Assembly (NCBI GenBank): GCA_043228905.1
Contig: JBHGNT010000012.1
Location: forward strand, 9,176,001-9,240,000
Direction: 5' to 3'
DNA from: Azolla caroliniana
Lineage: Eukaryota > Plantae > Polypodiophyta
Length of the DNA stretch: 64,000 nt
In this document: in pieces, positions 12,395-26,100 of the stretch
How positions within the stretch are numbered: position 1 is the stretch's first letter
How the letters are laid out: the number at the start of each line of letters is the position of its first letter
Translations under genes and position numbers: made by a program
Notes under the pieces: generated by a model
Told to the model about the DNA's origin: nothing
The model's input: only the letters and a program-made list of their open reading frames with translations
Databases searched by the model: none

Positions 12395-15300
12395 AGCATC
12401 GTCGAGACAAGTTAGGACACCAAGTTGTCAACTTCATGTCCCAGCTCTCTTAGATACCGGAGCCAATTCTTGTCTCATGGATAGAGATTTTGCTCGAAAA
12501 CATCAAATACCCTTGCATAAACTTCCTTGCCCAGTTTTTGTAGTAGTGATTGATGGATGTCCCATAGCTTCTGGAAAGATATTCGAGGAGTCTGAGCCGA
12601 TACACATACTCTTAGGTGATCTAGGATGTGTAGTTTCCTTTAACATAATCCGTAGCCCTGAGCATCCAATAGTCCTTAGTTTGCCATGGTTCGAGCTACA
12701 CAACCCAAGAATTGATTGGAGACGATGAGAAATTAGGTGCCCTTCAAAAGGAAACATAGTAGTCAAGGGTCGAACCTAGGATCCCCCTCTTGAAAAACAT
12801 AGTGTTACAAATTCACCCTCTACGAAACACGTTGTTCCTCTTCATAAGATTTCAACCATCACCCTACAACAATTATTCCAAGAAGGAGCAAAAGAAGATT
12901 TATTCTTATTTGCCATATCAGTTGCACCTTCTAGTGACACTCAAGGGAAGTCAGAGGTCTACATTCCTAAAAAGTACCAAGAATATGCTGATGTCTTCGA
13001 CAAAGTCAAAGTTAGTGTACTTCCAAAGCATCGGCCATATGATTGTCCCATTGATCTACAACCAGGAAAAGAGCCATCATGAGGTCTGATCTACAATCTG
13101 TCACCAACAGAACTTGAGGTTCTTCGAGCATACATCAACGATCTTGCAAGTGGGTTTATTCAACATTCAAGGTCTCCAACTGGTGCTCCTATCTTTTTCT
13201 TGAAGAAACAAGACGGCTCACTTCGTTTGGTCATGGATTATCGGGGATTAAATAAAGTTACAATAAGAAATAGGTATGCTCTACCTTTAATTTCCAGTCT
13301 TTTAGAGTGCATTGGTGGGGCAAAGCATTTTACCAAAATGATCTAAGGGATGCATATAATCATGTCCGTATTCTACTGGGAGATGAGTGGAAGACTGCAT
13401 TTCGCACTCGGTATGGCCATTTTGAGTATACAGTAATGCCTTTGGGCTCACAAATGGTCCCGCAGTGTTTCAACATATGGCAAATGATATTTTTCGAGAT
13501 TTTCTAGATATCTTTCTCATCATCTATTTAGATGATCTGTTGATTTACTCTAGAACATAGGCAGAGCATGATATACATGTGCGGAAGGTACTCCAACGCT
13601 TAAGAGAGTATGGTCAACTCTTTTGCGCAATGGCGACATTTCTTGGAAGGTTCGTCTCATCAAATCATCATTTATAGTGACCACAAAAATCTTACATATA
13701 AATTCAGACGGCTCGAGTGCTAAATAGGCGACCAGCTCAGTGGGCGCAATATTTAACTCGTTTTTATTTAAAGATCATTTTATGCCTAGGGAAACAACAA
13801 GGGCAAGCAGATGCTCTATCTCGACACTCATATTTGGCACTCATATTTGGACACTCATATTTGGAGATCCAGCTTTCGACAAAATCAAAAGCAAGTTCTC
13901 CTTGGTCTAGCAAAACTACAAGCAACCACGGCTTGTGCCACACCACTGGATTCAAGTCTTCTTGATACTATTTGACAACAACTTCACTCTGATGATTTCG
14001 CTAAGGATGTCTTCGCCCACCTTGGTCCAAATCATGCATTTCTAGGGACATCTCGATGCTATAAGAAGTTCAAGCGGCAAGATAACTTACTTTTCTACAA
14101 GAATCTACTTTATGTCCTTGATGGATCACCACGCCTTCGAGTGTTGGAGCACTGTCATGATGCTTGTATGGCCGGAGACTTTGGTATTGCCAAGACCATG
14201 GAGCTAATGACAAGATCATTTTGGTGGCCTCATTTACAACAATTTGTTGAAGATTATGTTCGCAAATGTGGCACATGTTGTTGAGCCAAAATGCATGCTT
14301 CATCCTTATTGGTTGTTACAACGATTGCCGACTCCGAGCAAGCCATGGTAGTCAATTTCTATGGATTTCATTACAGATTTGCCACCTTCACAAGGTTTTG
14401 ATGCTATTTTAACCATAGTGGATCGATTTACCAAGATGGCACATTTTTTGCCCTGTGTAAACAACATAAGTAGTCAAGAAACATCATATATCAGTATGCG
14501 TGAAGTATTTCAGCATCATGGTCTTCCAAACGACATAATTAGTGATCGTGGTCCACAATTTATCTCTCACTTTTGGAAGCACCTATGTAACGGGCTCTGA
14601 ATCTCTTCAGCATATCATCCCAAAACTGATGGCCAAACAGATCACACAAATCAAACACTTGAGTAGTATCTTCGATGTTTCATCAGTTATCAACAAGATG
14701 ATTGGAGTCATATATTGCATCTTGTGGAGTTTGTGTACAATAACACTGTATACTCTTCTACCAAGGTCACACCTTTCTATGCCTATACTGGCAACCATCC
14801 TCGATGGTGTCTCTTGGACATTCCAGTGATCTCACCAAACCCTAGTGCGGAGCAACACCTCCATCGACTGTAACACCTCCAGTCCGAGTTGTCTTCACAT
14901 ATTCAGAAAGCTCAAGCCCAACATAATGCCCACGCAGATCAACATCGTCTTCCATTTCCATTCAAGATTGGTGATCGGGTATGGTTGTTACGTCATCACA
15001 TAAAGACTACTCGACCATGTGATAACCTAGATTATAAACGCTTGGGCCTTTTGTCATCACGGAGCGGATTAATGATGCAACATTCCGTCTTGATCTTTCT
15101 TGCAAATTTGCGGCGTCATCCAGTCTTTCATCTCCCTTTTGGAACCTTGCCACACCAACTCGATTCCCAATCATATCGTGTCACCGCCTCCTCTCCAACT
15201 TGCTGATGGCCTAGAGTACGAGGTAGCCTCCATTCTCGATTCTAAAATTGTGCAGAATAAGTTGTATTATCTAGTTTATTGGCTAGGGTATACCCCGAGT

Positions 15301-15437
15301 GATCACACATGGGAACCTATCGATAATGTTTGTAATGTTCAAGCTCTCATCGAAGACTTCCATCGTCACTATCCCAACAAACCCAATCCTGCATTATTAA
15401 CAACTCCTTCCACTCGCCGTTTTAAGAGGACGGATAA

Positions 15438-15900
15438 TGTCATGAATCCGTGAACATTATGTTTCACCTCGACTTGAACCCAAGACTTCGTATTACGAAA
15501 TTCGACGCCTAACCATTAGAGTAATCTATTAGGACATGAAATGATAAAGGCTAATTTTCATAGTGATTATTGTATCAGAGAAACTCCTGGAACTTTCTAA
15601 AACATTCTACAAATCTTCTAGAACATCCTAGAATATTCTAGGTTTAGAATATTCTAGGTTTAGAACATTCTAGAACATTATAGAAATCTCTAAGCTATTC
15701 TATAGAAACTTATAAATAGAGACAAATAGATCATATCAAATCAGTTCGAATCAACACAAGTCTTTAGCTCCAAGCCTACCTTGTATCCAACTCATCTTTG
15801 TACTCATTCTATTCTAATAAATCTACTCTTCTCTTATCAATCCATTATCCTCTCTTCTTCTATTCTCTTATACCTTCCTTCAATCGTTCAATCTCTAGAT
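15438..15900 (+). repeat. 3' LTR of element B (right end not resolved)
   Basis: TGTCATG start after PPT AAGAGGACGGATAA; TATAAATA near 15711. Confidence 0.8.
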
Positions 15901-15909
15901 TTGTCTCGA

Positions 15910-16162
15910 TAGACACCTATTTATAGGTCCTTCTGGAGTATTCTAGAATGTTCTAGAATATTTTAGATATTTTAGATATTTAATATAAGCATGGAATATC
16001 CTAGAATGTTCTAGAATACTCTAAATATCTTGTAATAACTAATAATATATTTATTATAACTATACATCATATATGTTATTATAATGGTTAAAGGTCTAAC
16101 ATATAGACCAAGACGTCTTGGGCTCGAATCTTTGTAAGGCCAAAATGTATGTCTTCATGACA
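15910..16162 (-). repeat. Truncated minus-strand Tcn1-type LTR fragment
   Basis: Ends CATGACA (TGTCATG on minus); minus-strand CTATAAATAGG; TTCTAGAA repeats like neighbouring LTRs. Confidence 0.7.
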
Positions 16163-16252
16163 ATCCATGTTCCTATCTATATTTATCTGAAAGATGAAGG
16201 CTTGTCTCTATGGTGGTTCTCTTTGTCGGCCATAAAGGATCTTCAACCCTTG

Positions 16253-18200
16253 TGCTCTAATACCATGTAAAAAATTAGATATGGAAGTGCAGAAATAAAC
16301 ACTAACATAGTCAGCTTTGTTGAACAACAATACACAATTAGGTAAGCACAAAAGATGGAGAATGCACAATATAAGAGAGAGAGAGAGAGCTAGATTTAGC
16401 AAACAACAAAACTCTATTCAAAATAATGTCACTATGTACATCAAAATGTGCTAAGTGAGCACATTTATACAAGCCTTGATAGTGGGCTGACAAACCTATT
16501 GACCAGTATTTCAACGCTCATAAATGAGCACCTGACACTAATTACCTATAATATTCCTATTTACTAAAATAGGAATACAGCCATCCAATGGTCTGTCGGC
16601 TCCCAACTGATCTGGATTTCGACTTCTTTCCCCGATCTAGCCCTATCCATTAGTCCTTTAGCCAATCCAGCTTCCGGCTTATTCAGCCAATCTGGCCCAT
16701 GTTCAGCTTATCACTCAACAGATCATTACGTTTTATTTATTACCTTTATAGTTGTGAGTTCCACTTGAGTGGAAAACTCGAGCCACAATTCTCCCCCTCC
16801 ATCTCAAGTGGAGGCATAACTAAGCATGCTTTTTGCTTGCAAGCTTCAAGCCTCTTGCTTGTCAAACACTTTTTCATCATGTAAGATCCATGCTTATTTG
16901 TATAACACTTTGATTATCAGAATGCAGATTATACGTTTTCTTGCAACAAGCCCAACTCATGTAGGAATTTCTTCAACCAGAACATCTCTTTACAAGTGTA
17001 TGTGGCAACAATGTACTTTTCTTCTATTGTGGATAATGCCACACATTTTTCAAGTCTCTATTGCCAAGAGATAGATCTCCCTACAAAGATAATTAAATAC
17101 CCAAATGTGGCTAGCTTAGAGTTAATGTGACTAGCTATGTCTACACCAAATATAGAAGATTCATCTAATTCAGTACTTCCCAATAACGTTTTCTAGGCTT
17201 AGAGAGGAAACAACTTACTACATGAATTGCATGAGCAATGTAAGGCCTCGTTCACAACATAACATACAGGAAACTACCAACTACAGAAGCATGTGGTATC
17301 TTTTTCATTTCTTCTAGGTCTTTCTCACTTATAGGGCATTGTTCAGAACCAAGTTTACAGTGACATGTGAGTGTAGTGTTAACTACCTTACACTTACCCA
17401 TACCCATATTGAATCTTTCAAGAACATTTCCATGTATTTTCTTGATATAGTCAAAATTTCTTTTTTGCTCTATCCCTGGTTATATTCATTCCAAGGATGG
17501 CAAGAACAATTCCATGTATTTTTCTTGATATAGTCAACTTTTCTTTTTTGGTCTATCCCTCGCTATCTTCATTCCAAGGATTTCAAGAACATTTCCATGT
17601 ATTCTTCTTGATATAGTCAAAGTTTCTTTTTAAATTTGCTCTATCCCTGGTTATCTTCATTCCAAGGATTTGGTTTGCTAGTCCCAAGTCCTTCATAGCA
17701 AAAGAATTGTTAAGCTCTCTCTTTAATTTCTAAAACTTAATCAACAATCATCACATCATCTACATACAAGAGTAGAATGATGAGATCCACATCAGAATGT
17801 TTTTTGAAGAAAATACAATAACCTGAGCTAATCTTGTTGCACATCAAGTTGTTCAATTTCCATTTCAAACCAGCTACAATCCCAAGCACAACTCTTATTG
17901 AACACTTGTGAGAATATTTCCTCAAAATCAACACCTTTTCTCTAATTCAACACCTTAATAACCAATCTTTCCTTGTATCATGGTTGTGAGAAATGTTCCT
18001 CAATCTTCAGCCTATAAACACATTTAGTTGTTAGCATTGTCTTCCCCTAGGCAGCTTTACTAAAGTCATAACTATGATTATCAATAAAAGATCACATTTC
18101 ATCAGTCATAGCTTTAATCCATCCTCTCTCTCTATCTTTGATCATGTGCCAAAGATTCTTTAAATCTCTCTAGATCTGGCCCCATAATGTTAGCATCACA
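16253..18200 (-). mobile_element. Degenerate Ty1/Copia fragment: RT-RH, PPT, LTR 16266-16787, then PBS
   Basis: Minus-strand LLLYVDD and FAMKDLGLA RT motifs; PPT GGAGGGGGAGA at ~16790-16800; TG..CA LTR; TGGTATTAGAGC (tRNA-iMet-type PBS) at 16254-16265. Confidence 0.75.
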
Positions 18201-18439
18201 TATTCATGTGGACTATATCTAGTAGAAGGTCATCTTTGTTTAACAAACCTTTTAACCTCTTCTTCTTGTAATGGAACTATACGAATGTAATCAATTTAGT
18301 CATGTGGAATATGAAGATCATCAATTTTCTCACCATCACTAAGTACATCATTATAATCCTCCACATCTCCACCATGACATTGAATTTTTTAGGGTAGGAG
18401 TTGAATCTTTGGTAATTGAAAAATCAACTGTGAAACTTG

Positions 18440-20765
18440 GTATTCATATGGTTGAGTCTAGATCATGTAAAATATGATCCTACTTTGTTGTCAAATTCAC
18501 TTAAGTCCAAATATGAAGTACAAGAAACATTCACTTGGTGGATGATCAAAGTTGAAAACCGATTCGGCCACAAGGTGAAGAATTTTCGGTCAGACAACAG
18601 AGGAGAATACACCTCCAGAGCCTTCACAAAGTACCTATCCAAAAAAGGGATTCTCCATCAATAGAGAATTCCCTACACCCTGACGCAGAACGATGTAGCT
18701 GAACAAATGAACTAGAAAATCCAAGAAAGAGTGAGAGTGATGTTTCAACACGAAGGATTAAAAATGGAATTCTACATAGAGGCGATGCTGACGACTGTAT
18801 ACCTCATCAACCTCTCGCCATTGAAAGCTACTAAGCTTCAAGTGCCACAAGCACTATGGTTCAACACATAGCCGAATTACGACTGACTTCGTATTTTTTT
18901 GTGTGCGAAGCATATGCCCACATGCCAAGGGAGAATTAGACAAAGCTAACCCCCCATTCAAGAAAATGCATCTTTCTCGACTATGGGATGGACGGAAATC
19001 TCGGCTTTCAGCTTTGAGATCTAGGGCGCAAAAAGTTGATTAGGGGTAACGATGTAGACTTCAATGAAGACTCAAACAACTCGGTCTGAAAGCAGCCTCG
19101 AACTAGCAAGAGAGTTAGTTTCGACTATTCTCCAACTAACTCAGAGGCCAAAATACCAAAAGTCGAACTCGACGTGGCTAGCAAGTCTACTAGTTGGGTC
19201 GAACGAGCACTCGTAGAGAAAACTCTGAGTAGCATGTCGACTGACCAATCCGAACCGGCGGCAGCACATGCACCTCATGATTCCCTCATAGGAATGAGCT
19301 GGTCACACACTCCTGAGGTAGTAGGAGATCTAACACAAGGGCTAGGACAATGCACTAGTGGATCTATGACAAGATCTCCAACCAAGGGTTCACACAATGC
19401 CGATCGAACACCCGGAACTGGTCGAAGAAGCTAACGCAAGTACACAAACACCATGGAGATCTAGAAGAGTTAGAAAGCTGACAAAGCTCCATCAACCAGG
19501 CTTGGACTATGTTTATTACATGGACACAATGGAACCATTCACATACAAAGAAGCAATAGTCGTGCTAGATGCCGAAACAAGGCATAAAGCCATGAAATCC
19601 AAAATGGACTCTATAAAGGAGATTTTATCACCAATAGTCAAGATGACGACCCATCGGCTCTTATTAGGAGTACTCACAATTGAAGATCAAGACCTTGAGT
19701 AGATGGACGTAAAGATGACTTTTTTGTACCGAGATCTGTATGAAGAGATTTACATGTCTCAACCAATAGGCTTCAAGATGGCGGGGGAGAAAGGTCACCT
19801 CGTTTGTCGACTGAAGAACAATGAATGTGGTATTAGAAGTTCGACTCCCACATCCGGCAACTTGGATACTTCCGATCTGACTCCGACCCATGCATGTCCA
19901 TATTGGACATATCCGAAGAGTCCAGGATTTATCTAATCCTTTATGTGGATAACATACTCATCCTAGGACGTGATAGAGCCGAAATCAAAGTACTAAAGTA
20001 GAAACTTCATGAGAGATTCTCAATGCAAGAACTCGAAGAAGACCGACACATTGTGGGCATGAGGATAGATCAAGATAGGCTAAAGAAGATTCTATGGATC
20101 TCCCAAACCGAGGATATCCGAAAGGTGCTGAAGTGGTTCAACATGGATACATTCAAACCTACACCGACTCCGCTCCCGGGGTCGATCTAACTATCGGTCA
20201 AAGAATCTTGCTCTACAAAGGTTGAGAAAGAGCAAATGAGAAAGATGCCCTAAGCATCCAAAACAAGAAGTCTCATGTATGGGACGGTAACAACCCGACC
20301 CAACCTCGCATATGTCGTAGGCGCTAATAGCCGATACATGTCAAATCCAAGGAAGAAACACTAAGAAGTCGTCAAAAACATATTCCGTTACATTTGGGGA
20401 ATAATGGATATGCAAAGCTCTGACATTTGACCGAGGTTCAAGGCTATACTGACTCCGACTATGCCTGAAACCCCGAAAATTGGAAGTGGACATTAGGATA
20501 TGTGTTTACCTTTATAGGAAAATCACTTTCTTGGAGGCCAAAACTCCAAGAGTGTACAACCCTCTCCATAATAGAGGCCGAATACATAGCCATGTCCAAA
20601 GTAGCAAAGGAAGGTACTTGGCGACAACGACTATCGACTTCTTGACCAAGAGTGGAATCCTCCATATTAGCCCGACCCTGCATTGTGACTCACAAAGCAC
20701 AATACACCTTGTGCAAAATCTAGTCTACCATGTGACGATGAAGCACATAGAGGTGAGGTATCTAT
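18440..20765 (+). pseudogene. pol: Degenerate Ty1/Copia INT-RT-RH fragment
   Basis: RSDNRGEYTS integrase, MDVKMTFLY..EEIYMSQP RT, HCDSQS..KHIEVRY RNase H; Copia domain order. Confidence 0.85.
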
Positions 20766-22864
20766 TCAGTTTCAGGTCCCCTCGGATGATTCGAATTCCG
20801 GATAGAGGTGTGTGCCGGATTGGATGGCACCGATCTAAGAATTGGATGGAGTCTGGATAAGTATCCGGAAGAAAGTAAAACATTTAAATAGGTTATGTAT
20901 CGAGCCGATTTAGGTGAGTTATGTAAATAGCTTGAATGTTATTTTAAATATAAAGATAACTAGGGCAAACTGCTTATAAGTGTGTGTTGTAGTTGAGTCA
21001 TCTTGTTCACTGTGTAGTTAGTGCGAGTTGTCAAAAAAACCTGTATGCAGCGCATGCGAGGTCATTGCCTCTGCATCAAAGTAGCCATAGCCAGAGAGAG
21101 AGAGAAAAAAAGAGAGATAGCGAGTGCTTCTCTATTGTGTCTGCCTGTTGGCGAAGTGTACTAGCTTAGGTGGGTACCTTGTGAATTTGTTCGTTGTATA
21201 TTTCTCTCATTGTGATTTGTTTGGTGTCTATGAGCACCCATGATTTTTACATGATTTAGGGGTTTTCCACAAAAGACCTTGTGTACTTTCATTTCTATTT
21301 TATCTTTGTATTTTCTTGTACCCATTCCACATTTGACTTGGTTGTGGCCGAGATCCTGTTTTTCGTATGAAAATGGTATCTGAACATTTCTGAAAAATGG
21401 AAGATTCATTTGGGAGTATGTTCAAGCTAACCGGCCCCAACTACTTAGTGTGGAAGTCAAAGATGAGAGATATGCTTGTATGCAAAGATATGTGGTTGCT
21501 AATACAGGTCGGAAGTAAAAGTTTGGACAATATTGATGCATCGACCTGGGAAGTGTTGCATCTAAACGAAGCAACATACATCAGGGTTTTTTATAGACAT
21601 GTGTCTATACAACAACTTTGATGATGAGAATAAGGTAGATGTCCTTTGGCAGAAGATCAACATAATGTTCAAGAACAAGAATGTCGTTAATAGAGTCTCA
21701 GTTTTCAGAAAGATTGTGAGACTCGAGTATTAGGATGGCTCGAGCATGGCAAAGCACCTAAATTCCTTCCAAGGGCTTATCAACCAAACCAACTCTCTAG
21801 AAGTACCTCTAGCCCATGAGGTATTAGCACTTTTATTGTTGGGATCCCTTCTGAACAGTTGGGAGACACTTGTTGTCAAACTGGGACTGGCCGGACCAGA
21901 AGGGAAACATGTGACCATACAGAAGGTGAAGTTGAGTTTGTTGAAAGAGGAAGCTTATCGGAAGGACAAGGAGGCAATTTATGACCCGAAGGCCCTAGTC
22001 ACAGAAAGTGATACACAGAGAGCAAGAGGCCGAAATTGAAGTCCCCAAAACCAGGAGAAGTCAGGAACGAGGTCAAAGTCGAGGGGAAGACCCACATGCT
22101 TTTATTGTGGAAAGCAGGGGCACTTCCAAAAGAATTGACGACACTTCCAAAAGGAGAAAGGGGGAGCTGACTCAAAGAAGAGTTCAGAGTGGAAAGACAC
22201 ACACGTTGGCTATCGTGTCAAGTGAGGAAGAACTATTACTCATAAGTGAGTAGAACGAACTTAACCTTGTCGACAATGAATCAACATGGTAGTCAATTCA
22301 AGTGCATCATTCCACCTAACCCCTGACAGAAAGTGCTTCTCATCATACAAGGCCGGAGATCACGGTCTCGTAAGGATGGAAAATGAAGGTACATGCCAAA
22401 TTCTCAACATTGGCGATATGTGCTTGCTAATGTCGACTGGTACTGAAAAATGTCCAACACGTTTCGAAGGTTCAACTGAACATGATATCAGCCAGACGGC
22501 TGGATGACAAAGGCTACATGGTGTTAGGAATAGTACTAAAACAGAGAGAGAATTAGTACTGGAGAAGGGAAGTACTATTAGTACTAAGAGGAAAGAGAAG
22601 AGGAGAGAGAGAGAGAGAGAGAGAGTGGATGAGAGAGAGAGACGATGATAACAGATGATATATTATATGAAGAGTAAGTACAAGATGGCTATGAGGCTTA
22701 AGACTGGCGTTGAACCAATTTGGTTCAACATAATGCCTTGTGCCTCCTTTTATAGTGTTTTCAGGAGGAGTCTTGAAGCTTCTAGAATGTTCTAGAGAAA
22801 TCTGGAATTTACATTAATTTCCTATAATAAAACTTAAACGAAAATAATATCCTACGTATTACAA

Positions 22865-22938
22865 TAGATGGTATAATGGTCAAGAGCTCGACCTATATAA
22901 GACAAGGTCATGGGTTCGAGTCTTGCCATATCATGACA
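22865..22938 (+). promoter_or_regulatory. tRNA-like A box/B box cassette in LTR of family C/G (also ~32407-32480, ~50430-50503)
   Basis: TGGTATAATGGTCAAG ... GGTCATGGGTTCGAGTCTTGCCAT, ending close to the LTR terminus. Confidence 0.72.
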
Positions 22939-23147
22939 CTATCCCCCCCCTTAAGACGATGAGTGTAACGAGTCGGCGTTGATTGAGGACCGGGTTTTGT
23001 CTGGATACTGTCGGTGGAAATCAACAAGAAGATCCTGAGCATTGGTAACATGCTCAATGGGTTCCCAAGTACTTTCACTCAGACGACGTTGATTGAGGAC
23101 CGGATACTGTCAGTGGAAATCAGCAAGAAGATCTTGAGCATTGGCAA

Positions 23148-26100
23148 CTTGAGCTTATGCAGTATACGCAGGAGAGACAGAGAGAGTGAGAGAGAGAGAG
23201 AAAACACAAGAACTATATTCAACAAAAGTACTCAATCTCTATTCACAATTCTATACATATGTGTGTTCAATGAACACTTTTATACAAGTCCTAGAAGGAC
23301 TGACCGAAGTACACTTCAATGCTCATTAAGAGCTCCTACACTAACTCCCAAATATATTCCTCACGGCCTCCTAGTTTACGCACCGATCCGACCCTACCTA
23401 CGCACCGGTCTGTGTACCGGTTTACGCATTCGGCCTAACCGATCGGTCCCAACTGATCCGGTCCTTGGCTTCTTCAGCCGATTTGGCCGATGTTGAGCTT
23501 GTCTCTCAACACTCCCCCTCAAGCTCAACTTGAGGCTCTTCGGGATCTTCGGGCTCACAGCTCCGGTTCCTCCTGGCTTCACGCCTCGCTCGCGCTCCTT
23601 GACCTGTTCGACTCCGCGCGCTTCGACCCTTCCGGTCGGCTTGTCTGCTCATGTGACCCTTATCAGCTCTTCTACTGTTGCGGTGTTGACGCTTCTCCTG
23701 CTTCCTTTTCTTCCGCTTGGGCCTCGGTTGATTCAGCGTATCTGAATCAAACATTCGAACCAACTCGGCTACCTCCGATCGGTTTTCGCTCTCGTCCGAG
23801 TTGGCTGTCTCCAACTTGTCTTCGGTCTTCTCGCCCTCGATGGCGTCATCTTCCCCATGCGTGGTTGGCTTCGGCTCCCTCCTTTAGCTGCTCCCCTTTT
23901 GTCCGCTTCCGGACCTTTTCGCGGGTTTGCCCTCGGCTTCTTCAGCCGATCCGAAGTCGAACTCGACAATCGAGTCAACCGACTCGGTGGTGTCGCGATC
24001 TCCGCTCCTTTCCTGCTGCCTTGCTTGGTCGTTCGGGACTATTCTCCCCCTCAAGTTTGGCACGTCGAAGTGATGCAACCCGAGCGCACCTGAGAATTGC
24101 CGCAACTTGTCCAGACCAAGAGGCTTGGTGAAGATGTCGACAGTCTGCCGATCCGTCGGAACGTACTGAAGTTCAACTTCACCGGAAAGGACACGCTCAT
24201 GGACGAAATGGTAGTGCACCTCAATGTGCTTGGTCCGTGCGTGAAAAACGGGGTTTTTCCCGAGTTGGATGCTGCTGAGGTTGTCGCAGTAGATCGTTGT
24301 TGGATGTGACACCTCCTCTTGCAGGTCCCTAAGTAGCCGCTTCAACCATATAGCTTCGCATGTCGCGACAACCGCTCCTCGGTACTCAGCTTCGGTGCTC
24401 GACAGTGCAACTACCGGCTGCTTCTTACTGCTCCACGTGATCGCGGCACTCCCGAGGGAGAACGCGTACCCGGACGTGGATCGGCGATCGGCGGCGTTGC
24501 CAACCCAATCAGCATCGGTGTAACCGACTAACTGCGTTGCTGCACCGGTCCGATATAGCAGTCCCCAGTCCTTAGTGCCGTTGACATACTGAAGTATGTG
24601 TTGCGCACACTGAAGGTGCTCCTTGGTAGGTCGCGCCATGAACTGATTGATCACTCCGACCGGATAACTGAGGTCAGGTCGGGTGATGGTCAAGTATATG
24701 AGGCTTCCGACAATTTGTCGGAACCTCGTCGGGTCGCATACCTTTCCCGTATTGGGACGAAGCTTGACGGTTCTATCCAGAGGAGTCGAGATGCCACTAG
24801 CCAAGCCTTGTACCGGTTGACTGAGCCATCGGTGTTGTACTTGACTTTGTTGTAGATAACCATTGAATTGACCAGAAAAGTACTCTTTCCCGCCATCCGA
24901 CCGCAGGCACTTGATCTTTCGTCCCGTTTCTGTTTCCACGAACCCTTTGAGGTCCCGGAAACAGTCGAAGACTTCGCTCTTCCTCTCAATGAGGTAGATC
25001 CACGTGTGCCGCATGTGGTTGTCGATGAAGGAGACGAAATATCGGCTCTCGCCAAGACTAACATTTTGTGCTGGCCCCCATACATCAGACTGTATAAGGT
25101 CGAGCTTGTTCCGGCTCCGGTTTCGCTCGTTTGGAAAAGGAAGTCGGTGTTGCTTCCCGAGCTGGCAGGCTTCACAAATTTGTGCCTTTCGATACTAAAT
25201 TTGGGCAATCCGAGCACTACCTGTTTCGATTGCAGATCTTGAAGTCGCTGGTAGTTGACGTGGCCTATCCACTTGTGCCACAAGTCGATGTCCGACTCGG
25301 ATTTTTGTCCCTTCGCGAACATTGCGGTGCCGCCGTCAGTGGAGTTGAGGATGAACATCCTCCTGTCTCTGCGCCCTTGCGCAATCACACGACCTTCTTC
25401 CTCAATGAAGCACCCGAGGTGTGTAAACCGAACCTCCATCCCTTGGTCGACGATCTGTCCGACCGAGACCAAGTTCTTCGTGATTGTCGGAACATGCAAC
25501 ACGTTCATGAGTTTCCCTTTCTGCCCGACATGGCTAAGGGGAACTTCTCCGACATTCGCGATCGAATGCGGAGTGTCGTCTCCAGTTGCGACTACTCCAG
25601 GTTGTATCGGTTTTTCTAGGTACGAGAACCACTCCTTATGGCTCGTCATGTGGTTTGACGCGCCGGAGACTACGTACCACACCTTGTCCAATCTCGGGGT
25701 GGTCCGTTTGATTGAGTTTGCTTCGTGTCTCGTCACGAAGGCAGACCCTTCTCCGGCTCTCCGGGAGCCTTCGGCGTAGTGCGATCGCTGCCGATTTCCC
25801 TTGTGGGTATGTCCGGAGCCGTTTCCGGAACCGGTTCTCTCCGAATCGGCGCGCTTCTTCCAGCACTCACTTTCCCTGTGGCCTTTCTTGCCACAGTACC
25901 AGCACTCCGCGATGGCCTTCCCTTGCCGGTTCTCATCGCTTCGACTCCCCCTGTTTCCGGAGGGTCCGGAGTTGCTGTCGGCATCACTTCGGTGCCTTCT
26001 TCCTTGATCTCGTCGGCCGCTTCCATTGCGTACCGACTCGCCTCGTCCACCACGACCACGGGGCCTTTCTCCATCCGTGTACAACATCTTGTTGTTGGTG

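Larger units (their letters stand above)
6505..15900 (+). mobile_element. Tcn1-type Gypsy element B (degenerate; interrupted by 6969-12394)
   Basis: gag C-terminus (PMEID, CLYCGGPG..C) at 6505-6960; protease LLDTGANS near 12445; RT/RH/INT/chromodomain pieces to 15453; PPT then LTR starting TGTCA at 15438. Confidence 0.88.
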
